DNA of 64,000 nucleotides from NCBI RefSeq assembly GCF_056746865.1, contig NZ_CM163382.1; one strand, 5' to 3'. Shown piece by piece: positions 21,732 to 31,716 of this stretch (position 1 is its first letter; each line of letters starts with the position of its first letter). The notes under the pieces were generated by a model. It saw only the letters and a program-made list of their open reading frames with translations, ran no database searches and was not told where the DNA came from. The position numbers and the translations under genes were made by a program.

Positions 21732-23114
21732 TTAGTTCTGCACTTCTTGAGAGGTGAATTGTTGCTGGCAACGGCGTTTGCCCTGGGCCAGCTGTTCCAT
21801 AACGGTTTTCAGATTGTGCGTCGTGAGTGAGTAGTAGCGTTTAGCGATAATCGCGCTCAGCAAATAACAGATCGCCGGAACAATCGTGAATAGCGCAATA
21901 ATGATGCTAATCGTGGCGCTGTTCTGCGCTTTTTCTGCCGCATCATATCCGCCATAAGCCAGCATCCAGCCGATAAGAGCGCCGCCGAAGGCCAACCCCA
22001 GTTTGAGCACAAACAGCGTGCCAGCAAAACTGATCCCGGTCAGGCGTTTACCATTGCACCACTCGCCGTAGTCGACGGTATCGGACATCATTACCCACTG
22101 GATAGGTGTCACTAGTTGATGCAACACACCAATCACGAAGATGAAGACAAACATGGTGATGCTGGCCTGCATAGGAACAAAGAACATCGCGAGGCTAATC
22201 ACTGCCAGCAGGGCGTTCGTCCACCAGAAGATAGTGACTTTACATTTCCAGTCGGTCAGCGGTTTTGCCAGTGCGGAACCAATCAGGTTACCCACGCAAT
22301 AAGTGGTGAGAAAAGCGACAAACACTTCCGGCGTACCCAAAATCCATGTGACGTAATACATCATCGCTCCACCGCGTACGCACACCGCCAGGATATTGAA
22401 AATGGTTAGTAAACCGACAATCCGCCACTGGTCGTTTTGCCAGATATCACGTAAATCTTCCCGCATAGACGTCGTTGTAGGTGGTGCTTCAACGCGTTCT
22501 TTAGTGGTGAAGAAACAAAATGCCAGCATCATAAATGCCACCACGGAAAGGACCGCGATACCGCCCTGGAAACCGAGTGGTTTATTATCACCACCAATTA
22601 AATTAACCAGCGGCATCATCAGCACAGTAGAGAGCATGCCTCCCGCGGTCGCCAGCACAAAACGCCAGGATTGCAGCGAGATACGCTGAGTCGGGTCATT
22701 GGTGATTACACCACCCAATGCGCAGTAAGGGATATTAACGATGGTATAAAGTAAGGTAAGTAGGGTGTAAGTAATTGCTGCATAAATCATTTTTCCGTTC
22801 ATACTGAGATCTGGCGTGCTATAGGCCAGTACACAGACGATCCCAAATGGCAGTGCGCCAAACAGTACCCACGGACGAAATTTACCCCAGCGAGAGCGCG
22901 TTCGATCGGCCAACAACCCCATGCAAGGATCGGAAATCGCATCCAGTGCACGAGCGACCAAAAACATGGTTCCGACAAATCCGGCAGGTATGCCAAAAAT
23001 ATCGGTATAAAAGAACATCATATATAACATTACGTTATCGAAAATAATGTGGCTGGCGGCGTCTCCCATGCCATAACCAATTTTCTCTTTAACGGACAAC
23101 ACTTCACTCTTCAT
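21732..23114 (-). CDS. yicJ: GPH-family sugar:cation symporter YicJ
   Basis: The product MKSEVLSVKEKIGYGMGDAASHIIFDNVMLYMMFFYTDIFG... matches YicJ (460 aa). The upstream ATG at 23171 was rejected. Confidence 0.92.
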   Translation of the reverse strand: MKSEVLSVKEKIGYGMGDAASHIIFDNVMLYMMFFYTDIFGIPAGFVGTMFLVARALDAISDPCMGLLADRTRSRWGKFRPWVLFGALPFGIVCVLAYSTPDLSMNGKMIYAAITYTLLTLLYTIVNIPYCALGGVITNDPTQRISLQSWRFVLATAGGMLSTVLMMPLVNLIGGDNKPLGFQGGIAVLSVVAFMMLAFCFFTTKERVEAPPTTTSMREDLRDIWQNDQWRIVGLLTIFNILAVCVRGGAMMYYVTWILGTPEVFVAFLTTYCVGNLIGSALAKPLTDWKCKVTIFWWTNALLAVISLAMFFVPMQASITMFVFIFVIGVLHQLVTPIQWVMMSDTVDYGEWCNGKRLTGISFAGTLFVLKLGLAFGGALIGWMLAYGGYDAAEKAQNSATISIIIALFTIVPAICYLLSAIIAKRYYSLTTHNLKTVMEQLAQGKRRCQQQFTSQEVQN

Positions 23115-23406
23115 CTGCTTTTCCTTGATGCTATAGGGGTGCTGAGACCGATAACGCATTTTGTAAACCATCCCTGTGAGAGCGAATATTCCGATATCTG
23201 GTTATTAATTTATGATTCTTGTTTTATGTGATCGTGGTAGCGTTAATTTCGCTCATATATCATTGTAAAATATGGGTTTTATATGAACTATAATGCTTTC
23301 GTGATAATACGCTGCGTGTATTAGGCGGAAAAAACTGATCTGGGGGATGTAGAAACTCAAGGAAGTAGCTATAATGCGCCCCGCCTCCATGTAGCAATCG
23401 AGGCGC

Positions 23407-23501
23407 GGAAGATCGTCGTCTCCGGTGAGGCGGCTGGACTTCAAATCCAGTTGGGGCCGCCAGCGGTCCCGGGCAGGTTCGACTCCTGTGATCTTCCGCC
23501 A
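23407..23501 (+). tRNA. selC: tRNA-Sec (UCA)
   Basis: The 95-nt sequence GGAAGATCGTCGTCTCCGGTGAGGCGGCTGGACTTCAAATCCAGTTGGGGCCGCCAGCGGTCCCGGGCAGGTTCGACTCCTGTGATCTTCCGCCA has a long acceptor stem, a CTTCAAA anticodon loop, a long variable arm and an encoded CCA. It matches E. coli selC. Confidence 0.97.
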
Positions 23502-23577
23502 ATTAGCCTCTTCTGACATTCTCCAACCCCTTGTAATACTGTCATTCCAGAGATTTTCTATCTGCTCAATATTCAAT

Positions 23578-23751
23578 CGGCTTCAGGAATACCTGATCAA
23601 AAGTTTTGTGATGGACGATGAGCGACTGAAGAATCCGCCTGTCGGTTCTTCTGTCCTCGAACGCATCCGCGATATGCGCGCCAGCATGTGCCGTGTTTAT
23701 TTGCAGGTGATTTGCCCCCTGCTGGCTCTCAGCCAACTGTATCGCCATTAA
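23578..23751 (+). pseudogene. fragment of a RhuM-family (virulence-island associated) gene
   Basis: The translation [54 protein letters not shown] resembles the conserved YLxKGFxMDDERLKN...ELLERIRDIRASE.RFYQK core of RhuM-like proteins. It is short, lacks a start codon and degenerates after RAS. Confidence 0.5.
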
Positions 23752-23917
23752 GGTGAAGATATTGTTTTACACGCTCCATAACACCCTTTTTTATACGACG
23801 ATTCTATTCCTTTAACAGCTGGCGAAAAAAACTGACCTGTAAACTTCACCAATAATCAGACTGTCATCAAGATTAATTTTTTCATTTAATATATCAAATC
23901 AACTTGTTTTATTTTTA

Positions 23918-23935
23918 CTATCAAAAATAGCTCAT
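23918..23935 (-). promoter_or_regulatory. orphan copy of the ATGAGC-N5-TTGATA box
   Basis: The minus strand reads ATGAGCTATTTTTGATAG. Both hexamers are identical to the four gene-associated copies. It points toward selC, where no intact gene is found. Confidence 0.5.
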
Positions 23936-24138
23936 TGCCTTACTATAATTAATATATAAATTCGGTGATTAATTCTTAACATGCTTTTGCTAATAATCTC
24001 AATTGCTGGCCCTATAATATTGCGCTAGCATTGCTTTCTGGTTGTATCAGCGACACTCAAAAATTCTTAATACAATACTCATTCGACTGGTACTTATTTG
24101 TAACTCAGTTATATTTTGTCGCCCGGTGATTCAGAAGA

Positions 24139-25323
24139 ATGCAAAAAACGGCTACCACTCCATCAAAAATACTTGATCTCACTGCCGCGGCATTTTTACT
24201 TGTCGCCTTTCTGACGGGTATTGCGGGCGCTCTCCAGACTCCTACCCTAAGTATATTCCTCGCAGATGAACTGAAAGCCCGTCCTATAATGGTAGGTTTT
24301 TTCTTCACCGGTAGCGCTATTATGGGAATTCTTGTCAGTCAATTTCTGGCAAGACACTCCGATAAACAAGGCGACCGTAAATTACTGATCCTGCTATGTT
24401 GCTTATTTGGAGTGCTGGCCTGCACGCTTTTTGCGTGGAATCGCAACTACTTCATTCTCCTCTCTACGGGCGTACTTCTGAGTAGTTTTGCTTCCACCGC
24501 AAACCCGCAAATGTTCGCCCTCGCCCGTGAACACGCCGACAGAACAGGCCGTGAGACGGTAATGTTCAGTACATTTTTACGTGCTCAGATCTCGCTTGCC
24601 TGGGTTATCGGGCCACCGCTCGCTTATGAGCTGGCAATGGGATTTAGTTTTAAAGTGATGTATCTCACCGCAGCCATCGCATTTGTTGTTTGCGGGCTGA
24701 TAGTCTGGTTGTTTTTGCCATCAATACAAAGAAATATTCCTGTCGTTACCCAACCCGTAGAAATTTTACCCTCCACCCATAGGAAGCGGGATACACGGCT
24801 ACTTTTCGTGGTTTGTTCAATGATGTGGGCGGCGAATAATCTCTACATGATAAATATGCCGCTATTTATTATTGATGAACTGCATCTAACCGATAAACTG
24901 GCTGGAGAAATGATTGGTATTGCTGCCGGTCTGGAAATTCCGATGATGTTAATCGCAGGCTATTACATGAAACGTATTGGCAAGCGGCTATTAATGCTCA
25001 TTGCTATCGTGAGTGGAATGTGTTTTTACGCCAGCGTACTCATGGCGACGACTCCGGCAGTTGAGCTGGAATTGCAAATTCTAAATGCCATCTTCCTTGG
25101 TATTCTCTGTGGTATCGGCATGCTTTATTTTCAGGACCTGATGCCTGAAAAAATAGGCTCTGCGACAACGTTATATGCAAATACTTCACGCGTCGGCTGG
25201 ATTATCGCCGGCTCTGTTGACGGAATTATGGTTGAAATCTGGAGCTACCACGCGTTGTTCTGGCTGGCGATAGGGATGTTGGGTATTGCGATGATTTGCC
25301 TGCTGTTTATTAAAGATATTTAG
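24139..25323 (+). CDS. setC: sugar efflux transporter C (MFS)
   Basis: The 394-aa product MQKTATTPSKILDLTAAAFLLVAFLTGIAGALQTPTLSIFLADELKARP... matches SetC/YicK. Confidence 0.93.
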   Translation: MQKTATTPSKILDLTAAAFLLVAFLTGIAGALQTPTLSIFLADELKARPIMVGFFFTGSAIMGILVSQFLARHSDKQGDRKLLILLCCLFGVLACTLFAWNRNYFILLSTGVLLSSFASTANPQMFALAREHADRTGRETVMFSTFLRAQISLAWVIGPPLAYELAMGFSFKVMYLTAAIAFVVCGLIVWLFLPSIQRNIPVVTQPVEILPSTHRKRDTRLLFVVCSMMWAANNLYMINMPLFIIDELHLTDKLAGEMIGIAAGLEIPMMLIAGYYMKRIGKRLLMLIAIVSGMCFYASVLMATTPAVELELQILNAIFLGILCGIGMLYFQDLMPEKIGSATTLYANTSRVGWIIAGSVDGIMVEIWSYHALFWLAIGMLGIAMICLLFIKDI

Positions 25324-25433
25324 CTCACCTGTCTGGGCTAAGAAAAATCGGCGTGGCGCAAACAGAGCCATCCTCGCCATTTTTGCTATCATGCCTGCAT
25401 ACATAAACGACAAAACAGTATGCAGAGGGAAAA

Positions 25434-26357
25434 ATGGGTTCCACCAGAAAGGGGATGCTGAACGTTCTGATTGCCGCCGTGTTGTGGGGAAGTTCAGGGG
25501 TCTGCGCGCAATACATCATGGAGCAAAGCCAGATGTCGTCGCAGTTTTTGACTATGACGCGTTTGATATTCGCCGGTTTGATTCTGCTGACGCTGTCATT
25601 TGTGCATGGCGATAAAATCTTTTCTATTATTAACAATCACAAAGATGCCATTAGTCTGCTGATTTTTTCCGTGGTTGGTGCGCTAACCGTACAGCTCACT
25701 TTTTTACTAACCATTGAAAAATCGAATGCTGCCACGGCAACGGTGCTGCAATTCCTCTCACCGACGATTATCGTCGCCTGGTTCTCACTGGTGCGTAAAT
25801 CTCGCCCGGGCATTCTGGTTTTCTGCGCTATTTTGACATCGCTGATCGGGACTTTTTTATTGGTGACACACGGTAATCCGACGTCATTATCGATCTCTCC
25901 GGCCGCGTTATTCTGGGGCATTGCCTCGGCATTTGCTGCTGCATTCTATACCACCTATCCCTCAACGCTGATTGCCCGCTATGGCACGTTACCGGTCGTC
26001 GGCTGGAGTATGCTGATCGGTGGTCTGATCCTGCTGCCCTTCTATGCCGGGCAAGGAACAAACTTCGTGGTTAATGGCAGCCTGATTCTGGCGTTTTTCT
26101 ATCTGGTGGTAATCGGAACTTCGCTAACCTTTAGTCTATATCTGAAAGGCGCACAGCTCATTGGCGGGCCAAAAGCCAGCATTCTGAGCTGTGCAGAACC
26201 ATTAAGTAGCGCGCTGCTCTCTTTGCTGTTGCTGGGGATCACGTTCACATTGCCGGACTGGCTGGGAACGCTGCTGATTCTGTCATCGGTGATTTTGATT
26301 TCAATGGATTCTCGTCGCCGCGCCAGAAAAATAAATCGTCCGGCGCGGCATGAGTGA
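25434..26357 (+). CDS. yicL: EamA/DMT-family inner membrane transporter YicL
   Basis: The 307-aa product [44 protein letters not shown]... matches YicL. Confidence 0.93.
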   Translation: MGSTRKGMLNVLIAAVLWGSSGVCAQYIMEQSQMSSQFLTMTRLIFAGLILLTLSFVHGDKIFSIINNHKDAISLLIFSVVGALTVQLTFLLTIEKSNAATATVLQFLSPTIIVAWFSLVRKSRPGILVFCAILTSLIGTFLLVTHGNPTSLSISPAALFWGIASAFAAAFYTTYPSTLIARYGTLPVVGWSMLIGGLILLPFYAGQGTNFVVNGSLILAFFYLVVIGTSLTFSLYLKGAQLIGGPKASILSCAEPLSSALLSLLLLGITFTLPDWLGTLLILSSVILISMDSRRRARKINRPARHE

Positions 26358-26360
26358 GAA

Positions 26361-27179
26361 TTACCAGCCAGGCACCGCGCCACCGTTAAAGATGGTTTCT
26401 GCCGCTTTAGCGACTTCGGGCGATTGATAAGATTGCAGAAATTCCTTCACGTTTTCTGCATTCTTATTATCTTCCCGTGCCACCAGAATATTCACATACG
26501 GCGAATTCTTATCTTCAATAAATACGCTGTCGTGCACCGGAGAAAGCCCGGTCTGCTGAATGTAAGTGGTGCTGATAATCGCCACATCAACTTTGGGATC
26601 ATCCAGTACGCGCGGGAGCTGTGCCCCCTCGAGTTCCATAATCTGCAAATGACGAGGATTCTCGGTTATATCCAGCGCGGTAGGTAGTAACCCTTTTCCC
26701 TCTTTCAGAGTAATTAGCTTCTCTTTTTGCAACAGTAAAAGCGCGCGACCAAGGTTGGTCGGGTCGTTGGGGATCGCCACTGTCGCGCCTTCTTTTATTT
26801 GCGCCACGGTTTTGATTTTTTTGGAATAACCCGCCATGGGGAAGACAAACGTATTTCCCACCGCTACCAGTTTATAACCATGCGCCTGATTATCTTGTTC
26901 AAGAAAGGGGCGATGCTGGAAGACGTTCGCATCAAGCTCGCCATGATTTGTCGCATCGTTCGGTAGCAACGAACCGCTAAATCCTACCAGTTCAACATCG
27001 AGGCCATACTTCTCTTTTGCCACCTTTTTAGCGACTTCCGCGACATCTTGTTCTGCGCCATTAATAACGCCCACTTTAATGTGCTTTTCATCGCTGTTGC
27101 TCTGGTCGCAACCTGCCAGCAGAATTCCTGCCAGCAATAATGAGGCCCCCACCCGTAGATGATGTGTTGTCAGTTTCAC
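26361..27179 (-). CDS. nlpA: lipoprotein-28 (methionine-binding NlpA family)
   Basis: The 272-aa product MKLTTHHLRVGASLLLAGILLAGCDQSNSDEKHIKVGVINGAEQD... has a lipobox and matches NlpA. Confidence 0.95.
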   Translation of the reverse strand: MKLTTHHLRVGASLLLAGILLAGCDQSNSDEKHIKVGVINGAEQDVAEVAKKVAKEKYGLDVELVGFSGSLLPNDATNHGELDANVFQHRPFLEQDNQAHGYKLVAVGNTFVFPMAGYSKKIKTVAQIKEGATVAIPNDPTNLGRALLLLQKEKLITLKEGKGLLPTALDITENPRHLQIMELEGAQLPRVLDDPKVDVAIISTTYIQQTGLSPVHDSVFIEDKNSPYVNILVAREDNKNAENVKEFLQSYQSPEVAKAAETIFNGGAVPGW

Positions 27180-27388
27180 TTTTTTATCCTTTTTTTAATC
27201 GTTAACTGACTATAATGGCAAGATCACTACGATTTAAAAAACGAAAAGCTATCGAATAGAAGAAAAAGGTATATAAAACTGGCACTTCTTACTGACCACG
27301 CAAACACCTTTCGTACAGCATGATGAGAGCGGCAAAAGCAAACTACACTTATGCTTCATTCGATGCACATTTGCAGAAGGTTGCAGCT

Positions 27389-27682
27389 ATGAAGCCAACG
27401 ATGCTACTCATGATTACCGTATTCCTGACTTTTTCAGCCATTTCTCAGGCCGAATCGCCATTCAGTTCTCTACAGTCGGCAAAAGAAAAGACCACGGTAT
27501 TGCAAGATTTACGTAAAATTTGCACGCCACAGGCGTCATTATCAGACGAAGCGTGGGAAAAATTAATGTTGTCTGATGAGAATAACAAACAACATATCCG
27601 CGAAGCTATTGTGGCGATGGAGCGTAATAATCAGAATAACTACTGGGAAGCGCTGGGTAAGGTGGAATGCCCGGATATGTGA
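27389..27682 (+). CDS. yicS: small secreted protein YicS
   Basis: The product MKPTMLLMITVFLTFSAISQAESPFSSLQSAKEKTTVLQDLRKICTPQ... matches YicS (97 aa). The longer ORF starting at 27320 was rejected. Confidence 0.85.
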   Translation: MKPTMLLMITVFLTFSAISQAESPFSSLQSAKEKTTVLQDLRKICTPQASLSDEAWEKLMLSDENNKQHIREAIVAMERNNQNNYWEALGKVECPDM

Positions 27683-27905
27683 ATTTCGCACACCTCCGCG
27701 CTCAGGCCAGCAGCCGCTGACGTACGCTCGCACATCAGTAAATCACCTGCTTTTTCAAATTCCAATCAAAATTGCACCCGTTCATCAGGATTGTGGAGGA
27801 ATTTCCCTCTACATTGTTTTCATTTCATCACATAGAAAATCTTATCTCATTGAAACAATACTTGTTTTTAATGAAGAAAAGGAAGCCCAACGGATGGGCA
27901 TAAAA

Positions 27906-27923
27906 ATGAGCGAATTTTGATAT
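27906..27923 (+). promoter_or_regulatory. ATGAGC-N5-TTGATA box upstream of eicA-eipBCD
   Basis: ATGAGCGAATTTTGATAT ends 61 nt before the eicA ATG. Its orientation relative to the gene is the same as for the copies at eilA and both uhpA-ilvN island genes. Confidence 0.6.
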
Positions 27924-27983
27924 CACCACCCTCTAAAAAATGGTGAAGTCTGCACAAAGAATGTTCGAAAGGAGAGAGTAGAG

Positions 27984-28481
27984 ATGGAAAGCGCAAATCT
28001 GGATTTAGAAGAAAATAAAGAAATTGCCAGTAAGTTCGAACGTGCACTAGGTATGGGAGCAACACTTGCAGAGCTGCATGGCATTACTCCGGATACACTT
28101 GAAGGCGTTTATGCTTACGCTTATAACTTTTATGAAAAAGGAAGACTTGACGAAGCTGAACTCTTTTTTAAATTTCTCTGTATTTATGATTTCCAAAATT
28201 ATAACTATTTAAAAGGATATGCCGCCGTCTGTCAGTTGAAGAAAGATTATCAAAAGGCATTCGACATGTATCATATCTGTTTAATGCTATCTCCCGATAA
28301 CGATTTCTCTTTGGTTTATTACATGGGCCAGTGCCAGATGGGCTTAAAAAACACTAAAATGGCCACGGAGTTATTTAATACAGTCGTAACCTACAGCCAA
28401 AATGAAAAAATTAAAGAGATGGCTACTGCTTATCTTGAACTCTTGACAGCCAATACCGAAGAGGAAGTTCAAACAGAGTGA
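27984..28481 (+). CDS. eicA: class II T3SS translocator chaperone (SicA/IpgC/LcrH-like TPR protein)
   Basis: The 165-aa product contains [68 protein letters not shown], which parallels SicA ([68 protein letters not shown]). A strong AAGGAGAG RBS is present. Confidence 0.9.
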   Translation: [165 protein letters not shown]

Positions 28482-28727
28482 GTCGGCAAAATGAACATAA
28501 ACGGAAAAAACTCTTCTTTTACGCCTGAAGAGTTAACCAGGAAATATCATGAGAAAGCCCCGGTTGATTTAAAAATAACCATAGCGATAAAATAAATGAG
28601 AAGAATAACAATAAACACATTGCTTACTTTCCCGTTGATGCCATTTTAGATGGGAATAAACATCTGCCATGAGTTAAATAAAAAAGAATTAATTACACCC
28701 GATGATAGCTTAAAAAGGAGGTGAATT

Positions 28728-30509
28728 ATGTCGGCACCGATTACGGGACAAACGATCACGTTTGAACAAATCAGCGAAACATTGCGCACACAGTATAGCG
28801 ATGCGGAAAAAAGACTGCAGGACAGCAGCAAAACGCAAGTTGATCCCATGCGGCTTAATAAAAACCCGAAATCCCTTGATAATGATATTCGCGCTCGTCT
28901 TGAAAACAAACCGATGCTTGCTCCGCCTGAAATGCAGGTTTTAGATTCAGACAACGCCACTACAGCAAAGACGAACGATGCCCGCCTGACGATGATTTTG
29001 GGTAATCTAACAGGCATTGCCGATCAGGATATTACAACACGATTGCATAATAACCTTGACAGCACCCTGCTTCGACACGAAATGGCACATAATAAGTTTC
29101 GTGAATTAAGTGACGCTTACTCCTCGTCATTAGATTCCGCGCAAAAAGCCGACGACATCATGCATCAGGCCAATAATAATTACAATGCGGTCGATAAAAA
29201 GGTGCAATCGCTGGAGAAAAAAGTCAATGCATTGAATCAAGAGCTGTCGCAACTGCAACCTGGCGATCCGCAATATAATAAAGTGCTGACGCAAAAAAAT
29301 GCGGCTGAGAAAACACTCACGCTATCATTACAAAAAAAATCGTTAGCTGAGAAATCGTTAAATACAGCCATTATGGATGCTGATGCTGCGATCGGCCAAA
29401 GTATGGAAATTTTTGACGAAATTCAACAGCAAGAACAGATTAATAACTTTACCACCAATATTTGCCTGACCCAGGAAAACCAGAAAAACAGAAACGCGAC
29501 AGCCACATTTATCCTTTTGATTACCTCAGTAATGGAAGTTATTGGTGATACCAATTGCGAATCTATTAAAAATCAGTCTGAGGTAATGAAAGAGATTAAC
29601 CATGTCAGGGAAAATAAACTCAATGAAACAGCGCGTAAATATACTAAATGGACAAAAGTTGTAAAAATCGTTAATGAGTGTGTAACTGTAGCTACCATTG
29701 CCATGAGCGCAATCTTAATTGTTGTTGGTCTTCTTGCTGCAGTTCCAAGTGGTGGTTCAAGTATTGCGGGTGCATTGGCACTTATTGGAGGAATAGCGGG
29801 CGCAGTAGTATTAGGTGTAGATATCACTTGTCAAATCGCTCTGGGCACCACGGCTACCGGCTGGATTTTAGGGAAAGTTGTAGAAGGTCTTTCGGCTGCT
29901 ATTAAAACAGTTGATCCCACTCTGCTCGCAATCACCGCGCTTCTGGACGTTATTGGTGTCGATCAAGATACGATTGAACTGGTTAAAAGTATTTACGCAA
30001 GTGCAGCCGCTTCTATTGTCATGGCGACAGTAATGATTGGTGCAGCTGTAATATGTTCTGTAGCAATAGGGGCCGTTGTTTCTGCATTATCAAAAACAGC
30101 CGCAGAAGAAGTCACCAAAGAAATAACAAGCACTATAAAATCAACCATTGAATCTATTATTAAATCCGTTTCAAAAAATATTATAAAGGTATTAAACAGA
30201 GTATGCAGCATGATACAAACATCAGTCGTAGTTTTGAAGTTGATTGCCAAGATAAGTAATGCTCTGGAGAAAATAGGCTTAGCTATCTGTGAAACAGCAA
30301 CATCGATAATGAATTATTGTGTTGCTGAAAACTCTGCCGACATGGCAATTTTACAACAGGACATGAGTAATCTATCAAAAACGCGTGAACAAATGCTTTC
30401 AGTATTGCAAAGGGTGGATAAAACCGTCGAACAAGAGGTAAGTCAGATGGTAAGAGTATTACAACACCGAACTGAAACCTTAAAATTTGCTTCCCATTCT
30501 ATCGTATAA
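28728..30509 (+). CDS. eipB: T3SS major hydrophobic translocator (SipB/IpaB family)
   Basis: The product is 593 aa. It has an N-terminal coiled-coil region and central long hydrophobic hairpin segments (ILIVVGLLAAVPSGGSSIAGALALIGGIAGAVVLGV...). It lies directly after the chaperone gene, as in sicA-sipB. The RBS is AAGGAGG. Confidence 0.88.
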   Translation: MSAPITGQTITFEQISETLRTQYSDAEKRLQDSSKTQVDPMRLNKNPKSLDNDIRARLENKPMLAPPEMQVLDSDNATTAKTNDARLTMILGNLTGIADQDITTRLHNNLDSTLLRHEMAHNKFRELSDAYSSSLDSAQKADDIMHQANNNYNAVDKKVQSLEKKVNALNQELSQLQPGDPQYNKVLTQKNAAEKTLTLSLQKKSLAEKSLNTAIMDADAAIGQSMEIFDEIQQQEQINNFTTNICLTQENQKNRNATATFILLITSVMEVIGDTNCESIKNQSEVMKEINHVRENKLNETARKYTKWTKVVKIVNECVTVATIAMSAILIVVGLLAAVPSGGSSIAGALALIGGIAGAVVLGVDITCQIALGTTATGWILGKVVEGLSAAIKTVDPTLLAITALLDVIGVDQDTIELVKSIYASAAASIVMATVMIGAAVICSVAIGAVVSALSKTAAEEVTKEITSTIKSTIESIIKSVSKNIIKVLNRVCSMIQTSVVVLKLIAKISNALEKIGLAICETATSIMNYCVAENSADMAILQQDMSNLSKTREQMLSVLQRVDKTVEQEVSQMVRVLQHRTETLKFASHSIV

Positions 30510-30521
30510 GAGGGTTCTAAC

Positions 30522-31673
30522 ATGGCCACCTATGAAATTAAAAATGCGACCAGCACACATAATATTAACAATCTCGATAAAACAATCTTTGATAGAGATT
30601 ATAGTAAAGAAAACAACATACCAAATGATAATAAAATTGTGCAATACTATAACCTTAAAGATATTAAGCATGACATAAGCTCTCAGTTTATAATATTAAA
30701 AAATACAGACAGAGAAGTCTGTCCGGAACTAAGAGTAAAACTATTGGATAATCTTAATTATTCAAGGAATACGCTAGATAATTTGAGGGGTGACCTTAAC
30801 AAACCTAAAATTACATCCAGTCAATCAAGCAGTTCTACAGAGCAGACCACTATTAAAATATCTAAATTTAATATCCTTGATATGCTAGATAATTTGACCA
30901 TGCGACAACAAGCTGTTATGGAGGAATTTTTAAGGGTATTCACATCAATGTATAAAGCCTCAGCTATGTCTGAGGCTATTATGAGCAATGTTTTTGAACA
31001 ACTTGTCCAGTATCAGAGAAAAGAAACCGAACGCGCCACAGCAGCAAGTTCGATAGGTGTTATTATCGGGTCAGGAGTTGGCGCAGTCGGGGCCTCGGCA
31101 TCTGCCGTAGCAAATTACAGAAGCCATCCCAAAAAGATGGTAACCCTTACACCTGACCAAGAGCATACTATCGAAAGAACTGATGATAATGCACAGCGCG
31201 CGTCAAAAAGGGAAGTTATAGAGCAACAAGCTTCTCTCAAACAAATAGATGAAAAAATAAAAAATACAACGAAAGATACGAATCTTAATGAAAAAGAAAA
31301 AGAAGAGGCGCTGAAATCATATGATAAAGAAAAAGAAGCTACTCTAGAAAAGATTAGAGATACAAACGAGAAAATTAGCACAAAACATAACAATAGGTAT
31401 AATAAATATTTTACTATAGGTAAAGCAGATGTACTTTCACAGCTTAGCAATGAATCAATTCGAGCAACATCTAGATATCTAGAAAGCACTACTCATGCAG
31501 AAAAAGACATTGTTGAACAGGCTAAAAATGTTATGCATTCAGTTATGAGTAGCTATCTGGATCAAATTAGTCGTGATGTTCAAGGAAGAGATCAGGCACT
31601 TAATTTATTACAACAAATAATACAAACCATTATTGATACTGATAGCGCTATCGTTCAAGGCATTCGCTCATAA
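30522..31673 (+). CDS. eipC: T3SS minor translocator (SipC/IpaC family)
   Basis: The product is 383 aa with a central hydrophobic segment (ATAASSIGVIIGSGVGAVGASASAVA) followed by a Lys/Glu-rich coiled coil. Its position between the SipB-like and SipD-like genes matches the sipBCD order. Confidence 0.8.
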   Translation: MATYEIKNATSTHNINNLDKTIFDRDYSKENNIPNDNKIVQYYNLKDIKHDISSQFIILKNTDREVCPELRVKLLDNLNYSRNTLDNLRGDLNKPKITSSQSSSSTEQTTIKISKFNILDMLDNLTMRQQAVMEEFLRVFTSMYKASAMSEAIMSNVFEQLVQYQRKETERATAASSIGVIIGSGVGAVGASASAVANYRSHPKKMVTLTPDQEHTIERTDDNAQRASKREVIEQQASLKQIDEKIKNTTKDTNLNEKEKEEALKSYDKEKEATLEKIRDTNEKISTKHNNRYNKYFTIGKADVLSQLSNESIRATSRYLESTTHAEKDIVEQAKNVMHSVMSSYLDQISRDVQGRDQALNLLQQIIQTIIDTDSAIVQGIRS

Positions 31674-31716
31674 ATAATTGCAATAATAGTTAATTATATT
31701 TAAGGAGGAATGACTC

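Noticed and set aside
23253-23576. A 107-aa minus-strand ORF and an 80-aa ORF overlapping selC, plus a 108-aa plus-strand ORF starting inside the tRNA.
   Set aside because: They overlap the tRNA-Sec gene itself. Only the distal part of the plus-strand frame (23578-23751) has protein-like similarity (RhuM family), and that part is reported as a pseudogene fragment.
28492-28596. A 34-codon ORF (MNINGKNSSFTPEELTRKYHEKAPVDLKITIAIK) in the unusually long 246-bp eicA-eipB spacer.
   Set aside because: It has no convincing Shine-Dalgarno sequence and no recognisable family, and it is short enough to arise by chance in AT-rich DNA. The long spacer is worth noting, but I cannot support a gene call.
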